Of a stretch of DNA of 40,701 nt, positions 29,803-38,200 are shown one piece after another. Position 1 is the stretch's first letter, and each line of letters starts with the position of its first letter. Origin of the DNA: Stramenopiles sp. TOSAG23-2 (Eukaryota); the NCBI GenBank assembly GCA_900128395.1, contig LT649306.1:1-40701 (forward strand), written 5' to 3'. The translations under genes were made by a program, and so were the position numbers. The notes under the pieces are model-generated. The model was not told where the DNA came from. It did not search any database and worked only from the letters and a program-made list of their open reading frames with translations.

Positions 29803-31836
29803 CTATCGCATTGCCATATTTTGAAAATTTTCACTTAAATTTGCACTTACAGATTTAACCATGCCTTTTTTATTCATTCTTGATCTACCAAGTTTAGCTA
29901 GATCAATATTTGCTGTAGCTTCTAATGGGGGTAATATTGGTGGTGATCCTTTTTTTCTACCACTATTACGACGTTGCTTTGTTCCACTCTTCATTGATGG
30001 ACCTGTCTTCTCATTAACTAAATTATTACGCAATGCATATGTATTTCTTGGAGGCGTCATTTGTTTCTTCATACTAATCACATTAATTTTGTTGCTTTTA
30101 TTTTTCATATTACCATTACCTGCCATACCTCCAAGAACACTTAAACTTTTGCTACTGCCTAATACTGGTTTCTTATTGATAGACATCGATGCCATATTCA
30201 TGGTATTATTATTATTATTATTATTATGAAAATAATCTGATGATGCATCGCTACTATGATCGCTACCACTATCACTAATCATTTTTAAATTATTCTTGTT
30301 GTTGTTGTTGGTATCAAATGACTTTCGTGTACTAACAGCATAATTTTCAGCAGCAGTTTCCACTGATTTCCATGCATCTTTCACGTCACCAAAACCACCA
30401 ACACGACATCCAACTAAATATGCTCGTTGCATTAAATCTTTTTCTCTATCTGTTAAATTAGTATCATTACTAACATTTTCAGCATTAATACTAAGAGGTG
30501 GTTTATTAATCATTCCATTACCATTACTATTGTTATTATTATTATTATTGTTATTATTATATACATTATTGTGATCATTGCTTTGAAATTTTTCATTATT
30601 GTTGTTATCGTTATTATTGAATTGTTCTTTTACACTTTCTTCAATGCTGGATTTAATCTTTTTCTCAATTTGAGGTGGTACTGATATACCCATTTTATTT
30701 TTCTTTCGATTTATAATTTCATTCAACGCGAGCATTGCAATAGTACGCGTTTTCCATATAGTCGGGCGATCATTTGGATTATTAGAAAGCATGACATTTA
30801 CTAATTTAATGTAATACGGTGAATAAATGCTTGTACTTGGTATCTCAGGATAATTACCTTTTATTATTTTTTCAAACAATTGAAACATTTTTAAGCCTTT
30901 CTCTTTGAATGGCGAGTGCAACATGGCCATTTCATATAAGATGCAACCAAGGCTCCAGATATCACTTTTCTCATCATACGCTTCACCCTTTAATGATTCT
31001 GGAGACATATATAATGGCGTACCTACTTTCGAAAACGCTTCTGGTGTATCATCACTTAACGTTCGTCCTAAACCTAAATCACCAACTTTAATAGATCCAT
31101 TATCCATGATAAATATATTAGCTGGTTTTAAATCACGATGCAAGACGCGACGATCATGCATATGCGCTATGGCGTTGCAAATTTGAACAAAAGACTTCCA
31201 TATAACAGGCTCTGGTAATTGTATATTTTTTTTCGCTATATTTGATAAATGTTTTCTTAAATCACCACCAGTTGCCCACTCTATAACAATACCAAGACTA
31301 TTTGGGTGCGCAATAAATGAATCCAAATAACGTATAATATTCGGATGCTGAAGAGTTTGCAATAGATGGACTTCTCTTAAACATTTTTCGCGTACACGTT
31401 CCTTTGGTGTGCTGCCTAATTTGATTTTTTTCAACGCAACTTTAACATTATCCATATTACGGGTTGCTAAGTAAACAGTTGAAAATTTCCCTCTACCAAC
31501 AACGCCATGTACAGTATAATCATTTAACTCCACGACTTTGCCTTTCTTTCCACTTTTTTGTATAGGGCTTGGCGGCCCAAATGACTGTCTAATATTCAAA
31601 GAAATGTTATCATCCTGATCGCCAATCTCGTTATCTTGGTTAACAATATGATCATTATCATATACCTGATTTTCCACTGCTTGCCTTTCTTTCACTGTAT
31701 TTTGATAATCATGACTATAGTCCCTGGAGCTTAAATTATAAGCGGAAGAGGAGGATGTATCCGTGGTATTGGATAAATTCGATCGTGACGATGAGATTCT
31801 ACCAGAATGAATCTGTTGACTACTAGAGGACGACAT
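29803..31836 (-). CDS. NIMA-related Ser/Thr kinase, NEK6/7-like catalytic domain with long disordered extensions
   Basis: GRGKFSTVY, VALKKI, HPNIIRYLDSF, EWATGGDL, HRDLKPANIF, KVGDLGLGR, AFSKVGTPLYMSPE, KSDIWSLGCILYEMA. Confidence 0.93.
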   Translation of the reverse strand: MSSSSSQQIHSGRISSSRSNLSNTTDTSSSSAYNLSSRDYSHDYQNTVKERQAVENQVYDNDHIVNQDNEIGDQDDNISLNIRQSFGPPSPIQKSGKKGKVVELNDYTVHGVVGRGKFSTVYLATRNMDNVKVALKKIKLGSTPKERVREKCLREVHLLQTLQHPNIIRYLDSFIAHPNSLGIVIEWATGGDLRKHLSNIAKKNIQLPEPVIWKSFVQICNAIAHMHDRRVLHRDLKPANIFIMDNGSIKVGDLGLGRTLSDDTPEAFSKVGTPLYMSPESLKGEAYDEKSDIWSLGCILYEMAMLHSPFKEKGLKMFQLFEKIIKGNYPEIPSTSIYSPYYIKLVNVMLSNNPNDRPTIWKTRTIAMLALNEIINRKKNKMGISVPPQIEKKIKSSIEESVKEQFNNNDNNNNEKFQSNDHNNVYNNNNNNNNNNSNGNGMINKPPLSINAENVSNDTNLTDREKDLMQRAYLVGCRVGGFGDVKDAWKSVETAAENYAVSTRKSFDTNNNNKNNLKMISDSGSDHSSDASSDYFHNNNNNNNTMNMASMSINKKPVLGSSKSLSVLGGMAGNGNMKNKSNKINVISMKKQMTPPRNTYALRNNLVNEKTGPSMKSGTKQRRNSGRKKGSPPILPPLEATANIDLAKLGRSRMNKKGMVKSVSANLSENFQNMAMR

Positions 31837-31999
31837 CTTCTAATCTATTGTCATTCAAGTTATGAATATATAAATCGAACAAACCATAAAGTATAAAACC
31901 CTAATCAGAATTCCCGTTACACATTTGATAAATTAGATGTTATATGTTATATGAATGGATCGATCAAAAAACAAAAAAAAAACTTCTTTTCATTGATTG

Positions 32000-32102
32000 G
32001 GCTAAGAATAATATAATGCTATGAGTATGGTATAATAGCTCGGAGCTACAGTAACACTAAATAGCACGGGAGGCTAAGAGGCTAACTGGCTAACCTGGCT
32101 AA
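32000..32102. repeat. GGCTAA micro-repeats in a divergent promoter
   Basis: GGCTAA at 32000, 32072, 32080, 32088 and 32097, plus the palindrome TAGCTC-G-GAGCTA near 32036. Confidence 0.8.
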
Positions 32103-32330
32103 CACACACAGAGTTTTTTATTTGTTTTTTTTTTATATTGCACTATAGGTATACTACCACTATTATATATAATCATCATCTTCTTCTGGTAATAATAATA
32201 ATAACGTATGGACTGTTTATTTTGTTGATTTTATACAATATAACTAGTCTATATATGTGAAAGGAAAGCATCGAGCATATATAAGTCAAAAATATTTTGT
32301 ACATAAACACATAATAATAATAATAGTAAA

Positions 32331-33495
32331 ATGAGGGTAGAGGATATTGTCGTTGGGAATGAAGTGATGTTGTTAAAAGATATAGAAGAAGTACAACTAG
32401 CTTTTCGTCCAGCAAAAGGTGAATTACGGAAAAGACGCGTTGTAGTGTATGACTCGTCAATGAAACATTATATTGGACAACGTGGTATAGTTTTACGAAA
32501 GGATGGTGAAGGGGTTACACAAGTTCAATATAAAGATAGTACAACGTATTGGTTTCCACCAGAAGCGCTACGGCCGTCTTTACTTACAATCAGCCGTTTT
32601 ACTCCATTCCATCATTTTCCTTTGTCGGAAAGTGATTTAGAAGATGCTGAAATTGGTATATGGCGTTGTAGCCATTGTTTAAGAATTAGTAACCAAGCGA
32701 AAGATATAGGAAAACCATGGATTTGCCTTGGAGGCACTCCATTTAAATTATGCAATGTGTGTGTATTTTCAGTAGATAGTGATGAGGCGCGCAGTATATT
32801 CAATGCATGTGAAAAAGGTAACTTATCATTATTAGAAGAATTAGTAAATCTAGAGGGTAAAGATGTAAATGCATTGAAACCCGTATCGACTTGGACGCCG
32901 TTGCATTATGCATGTAGACATGGGCATTTAACCATTTGTGAATTTTTGCTACGACATGGTGCCAATCCTGATTTCAGGGATATAGATGGGCGTGCGCCAA
33001 TACATTTAGCAACGGAATTTAACCATTCAAAATGTGCGTTGCTTTTGATGGATTGTGGTGCGAAATATTGGTTAATGAATAAATGGGGGAAAGATCCATA
33101 TATATTGGCAATGGAACGTGGAAATGAAATTATTGCAAGAGCAGTACAAAAATTAAGAGATGAAAAGAAACGATTACATGAATTGGAATTTGGTGTACCG
33201 TCAGATGAAGAATTATATTCAGATGAAGATGCAGATGATAGCGAAGTCGAAGATGAAACTGAAGCTGTCAAGGCACAAGCATTAAAAAATAGGGAAACAA
33301 GTAATGATAATGAAGGAAAGAAAACAGGAAAGAAAATTATATTCAGATGAAGATGCAGATGATAGCGAAGTCGAAGATGAAACTGAAGCTGTCAAGGCAC
33401 AAGCATTAAAAAATAGGGAAACAAGTAATGATAATGAAGGAAAGAAAACAGGAAAGAAGAAAGGAGGACTTTTTAGTCGTTTTTCAAGATCGTAA
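32331..33495 (+). CDS. Ankyrin-repeat protein with an N-terminal Mind-bomb-repeat (SH3-like) module and a Cys/His zinc-finger-like segment; 3' end frameshifted by a 124-bp duplication
   Basis: MKHYIGQRGIV..DGEGVTQVQY..YWFPPEAL; HHFPL..WRCSHC..WIC..FKLCNVC; ankyrin TPLHYACRHGH and APIHLA. Removing one repeat copy gives 346 aa ending KKKGGLFSRFSRS. Confidence 0.85.
33211..33458 (+). repeat. Exact 124-bp tandem duplication (33211-33334 / 33335-33458)
   Basis: AATTATATTCAGATGAAG...ACAGGAAAGAA is repeated identically. Confidence 0.95.
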
Positions 33496-33537
33496 TTAAT
33501 ATAAATATTTTTGATCCTTTTCTAATATTGTAATACC

Positions 33538-33692
33538 CTTCGTAAATTTTATTTATATTAATTTGAGTGCATTATAAATATGTATACTTCGTATTATATA
33601 CGAGTATATAATTTTCTCTTACTCATATATATATATTATATTATTTTTAAAATGTACGACGATTCGTGGTAATCTTTTTATACGAACGGTCG
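33538..33692. promoter_or_regulatory. TACGA/TCGTA motif cluster in a convergent 3' intergenic region
   Basis: CTTCGTA at 33538 and 33587, TACGAG at 33599, TACGACGATTCGT at 33655, TACGAACGGTCG at 33681. Confidence 0.5.
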
Positions 33693-33727
33693 GTGCATTG
33701 ATATTCTCTTTTCCCCCCTCCTTCATT

Positions 33728-34357
33728 TTAATGTACACGAGGTGATAATAAAAGTAATGGATCTTTTACGTCTTTTGGAACAAAATCATATATTACACGA
33801 AATGTATTTGGGTCGTTTTCTTCTTCCTCCTCATCATCATCATTATTTTCATCATCTTCCTCTTCATCGCCTTCTTCTTTCTCATTCTCACCATCTTCAT
33901 CTGCTTCTTCCTCTTCTTCTTTTGGTGGGCCTTCATCTTCATCATCTGAACCAGCTACTTTTGTCGGTGGCCCTTTTACTAAATGTGCTAGTGGTGACTT
34001 TACAATCTCTTTACCACGGCCAACAAACCCACATTCTTCTAAAGTTCTTTTATCGTCATCTAACAAATTTTGTGGCGCTTTGACACTTCTCCATAATTGT
34101 ATGGACTGGACATTACCGTGGCGTTTTGATATGATACGCTTTAGTGTGCCCACTGATTTTTTTACATCTACTTCTATACCTTGTTTTGGCCACAATGATC
34201 TAGAAAAAGACCAATGCAATAATAATGGTTTGATTGTTACAACTTTATGTACTGGTTCAATATCAAAAGGTATAACATACTCATCTCCCTCATCTGCGGA
34301 GCTCTTCTTCTTCTTTCCTTTCTTCTTCTTTCCTTTTCCTTTTTTTTTCTTTCCCAT
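33728..34357 (-). CDS. Small protein with a probable ubiquitin-like fold, Lys-rich N-terminus and long acidic insertion
   Basis: SVGTLKRIISKRHG..IQLW..LLDDDKRTLEECGF resembles the Ubl beta-grasp pattern. The last strand (FRVIYDF) follows an acidic loop. Confidence 0.7.
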   Translation of the reverse strand: MGKKKKGKGKKKKGKKKKSSADEGDEYVIPFDIEPVHKVVTIKPLLLHWSFSRSLWPKQGIEVDVKKSVGTLKRIISKRHGNVQSIQLWRSVKAPQNLLDDDKRTLEECGFVGRGKEIVKSPLAHLVKGPPTKVAGSDDEDEGPPKEEEEEADEDGENEKEEGDEEEDDENNDDDEEEEENDPNTFRVIYDFVPKDVKDPLLLLSPRVH

Positions 34358-34904
34358 AATGCTGAATCTTTCTTCTTTATTTATAATTTCGCGTTATATC
34401 CACGTCTGCACTATTTAGTTAAATTGGTATATATATATATATATGCATGTTTTAGTTGTGTTGTTTTTATTAATAATAGTAGTCCAGGTAGTAATACTAT
34501 ATAAGCAACATAATAATGGTATAATATTTTTTTAGTATAATAAATGAAAAGGTTTTATTAGCAGGCATTCAACAGATAAAAAATACTAAGAGCTACTATT
34601 AAAAAAGCTGTGAATTTTAAGCGTTTCTATACTAATACGCTTCGTACTTTATTTTATGTTAGCTTTCAAAATGTCATTTTAGTACCTCAATATTTCTAAA
34701 TTTCCGAAATTGATTCATTTAATAATTTCATACTCGTCTATTATCATTATCCCTATAATATTTATTAAATATTTATATATAAATCCAAATTTGATATATT
34801 GAAAATATATGGCGGCTTGTAATGATATATGCGTGTAAGGAGTTCCACCGGAGTTCATCTTTGGCGAGATTATTTGCTCTTTGCTCATCATATTTTCGGC
34901 ACAT

Positions 34905-34973
34905 TCCTGGCACCACATTCTGGCATTCCTGGCATTCCAGCCAGCGTTCCAGCATTGCCAGATTGTGCCAGGA
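34905..34973. repeat. CTGGCA/TGCCAG repeats forming a nested imperfect inverted repeat in a divergent promoter
   Basis: TCCTGGCAC 34905 pairs with GTGCCAGGA 34965, TCTGGCA 34919 with TGCCAGA 34956, and CTGG 34929 with CCAG 34949. Confidence 0.8.
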
Positions 34974-35200
34974 TTGAAAATTGAATGAAGAAGAAGAATG
35001 ACCACCATTTTTTTTCATATCATAGAAATTTGAATTTATCAAATACATGTATATTTATCAACATGTTTAATTCATTACAAAAAAAACAAATAAATAGTAC
35101 TTACTATACCATAACAAGATAAAAGAATAGTTTATTAAACTGTTATAAATAATAATAATAATAATATATATATATATATAAATTCTGAAACACAATCGTC

Positions 35201-38200
35201 ATGTCAGAAGATAATAATAAAAAATGGTACCAGGAAGATGAAATTTTTAATGAGAAAGGTCAACATATAGCTTTATGGTGGTTAATACATGATAAAGAAA
35301 CAGATAATATTACTAGTGATATGTATGAGTTCAATAAAAATGCTAATACATCGTCAAATATCTTATCTTTGAATAAATATGGTTACATTTTAAATACAAA
35401 TAATTGTGATCTCGATGTTCGGATACCTAAAGACTATGAAGGTGATGTAAAAGACGGCTCTGTAACACAAGCACAAAAACAGCAGCATCAAAAGAAAATA
35501 TCATTCAACAATAATAAAAGAATTAGTGGTTTAGAAACTTGTGATAGTGAAAATTATTTGGCATTAACCTTTAATGTAGAAAATAAAAATCTACTTGAAG
35601 TTTTCTCTACTGGTAACCTCTTACTAGATGGAAATACAAATTCTTTATATATGCATTCTTTTGATCAAGATGATGATATAGTTCACTTGAAATTTATAAA
35701 CGAAAGATGTTTAGTTGGAATTACATTGAAGAAAAATGTATATTTAATGTTTGAAAATGAAAAAATAAAAATAAAAGAAAGTAATATATGTTCCGTTGCA
35801 AAAAATAGTAGCGAAGCTAACAAAGGTGTATTTGGAAAGGATGACGGGTCTTTAGCATTTTTCTCTGTCGTTGCAGATAATGGGAAGTGTTTACGAATTG
35901 TAGAAAATACCACACCGCCTTTGAAGTTCAGCGAGGATGATAAGGAAATGGAATTTTTTTCAGCTCACTTTGTAAAATTTATAGGATCAAATAACGTGTT
36001 TGTCATTCACGAAACAAAAGTTGTTTTTGATGGAGATGAAGAGGACCCGGAATTCAATTATCAGATGCATATTTATGATATTTCAAAGAAGCAATGGAAA
36101 TTGATTTTGACTGATGAGGATAATAATTGTCCGTTGGACATGGACACAGAAGAAAATACAGAATGCATTTTTAATGTCCAATTTATTCCTGAACCTTGGA
36201 ACATAGCATTAATATCAGCGAATGCATCTGCTGAAATTGCGATGATTGGATTGAATCCAAACACGAAAGAATGGGAGCATTGGCAACCAAATCGTGATCG
36301 TGACGATAGTAATGATGGAAATATAATTCCAAATGGTGAAGAAGAATGTATTTCCGGTATGGCATTATCCTTTAATTTTCAAAGTAATTATGGCGCCTTG
36401 GATAGAGAAGCAGATATAAAAAACAGAATTCCCCCATGTCCAAATGTAATAGTAACTACCAATTGCGGTTCGATAATACGGTTAACATTAGCTGATGAGT
36501 ATTTGGTGGCAGATCCAGGGCAAGGAGCCTCAGAACGCTTCATGGTGCTTGAAACACAGCAGCTTCAAAAACAGAAATTGAAAGAGGATCAGGCTAATGC
36601 ACCGTTACCATCCACTAGTAACAATAGTATCAAGAAGGAGGATATGAATGAAAAAAATGTTGATTCATCTGTCAAACCTTCTTCCATTGTTGGTCCATCT
36701 AGCAGCAAAGACGCATTGAAACCAAAGAAAAAGAAAAATGATATAAAACCATTGTTTCAATCTTCTTCAAGTTTTCCTCCATTTAGCAGCAATAACGCAA
36801 CAAACCCGAGTAGTAAGAACCATGGTGATAGTAAGCAATTATCACAACCCTCCAGTTTTACTCCATCCAGCAATAATAATGATAATAATAATAACAACAA
36901 TAATCAATCAACAAAACCACGTAAGACGGTAAATATTCGAACGAAAACAATACAACCGCGAAAACCGTTGCGTAAAATGAATAAATATGAAGCGTATGTT
37001 AGAAAAGAATTTATAACATATTTTAAAGGAGGAGACGCGGACAAGATAGTAAACAGTGATGAAGATCAAAAAGCGAATGATGAAGCTATTTTAAATACGA
37101 TCAAAATGGCTAAAGAAAAATTGATTCAATATGAAGAAGAAAGAATTCCAATGTTAGAACAAAGAACCGACGACATGAAGTCAAAAATTCTAAAATTACA
37201 AACCGAATTGCAAAATATACGTTGTAAAGCGGGCAAGATTGAAACAACACGCTTATACTTGAAAGAAAATAAAGACGATGCTGATTCAAATCCGTTACCG
37301 GCTCCAATGTTATCGAAACATGAAAAATTGCGTGAGAATATGAATAAAATTGAAAACAAAATACGTGAATTAATAAGTGTGGTAAATTTAAAGCAAGATC
37401 GAGTTTCAGCAATGGCAAACAATACCATGAACCGATCAAACAAGAAAGAACATGAAATATCATCGCGAAGACGTTTATTAAGTCTAGTACAAGAAACACT
37501 TACAAAAGGAGTAAGCATTTTAAATCAAAGAGTTGCAGATTTGAATACAAAGCGATTAGAATTAAACAAATTAGATGATAGCTTCAAGTTGATGAAGCAG
37601 AAGGAGGTGGATAATGGAAACCATGATTCTATAAATCATATTGATACGATTTCGTCAAAATTAATACAATTAGATTATAATAAAAATGATCAATCTAGTA
37701 AAATAGAAATGTTTGAAGATTTGTTAATTCAACATTGTGGAAACGTCATATATGATGATGGTGCATTAAATGATAGTGACCTTAAGGCATTGTACCAAGC
37801 TGAGGGTGGAACAAACTTTTTAACTGGGGAAGAGGAGGAGCAACGATACGATGAAAAGCAATCTGAATATCGGATGTCATTACAATCGAATCCTATAATT
37901 TCTACTCCAATACATTATCACAGTAATGATATGTCCATCATGGACAGGGATAGCAATGACCAAACAATGATGTCAATGAGCTCTACGTTTAAACCGCCTT
38001 CTTCAAATACAACTACTTTAAAACTCGGTGGTACAAGTAATTCGACAAAAGAAAAACCAGTTTCTTTTGGTTTCACAAAAAATCCATCTGCAAGTGGTAT
38101 TAATATTACAGGTAATAGGAATAGCAATAGCATTAATACTGCTACTAACAATGGAGGACGCGGTGGTAGGGTCTTCGGCCAAACAAATACTAATACCACT

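Noticed and set aside
5645-34357. Functional ubiquitin-system gene cluster (UBLCP1, pseudo-E1, Kelch-BTB, MIB-like, Ubl)
   Set aside because: These families are abundant in eukaryotes and are interspersed with unrelated genes and a scaffold gap; there is no evidence of co-regulation.
34715-35048. Minus-strand 97-aa and 91-aa ORFs as proteins
   Set aside because: Their Trp/Cys periodicity comes from the CTGGCA repeats; no recognisable domain.
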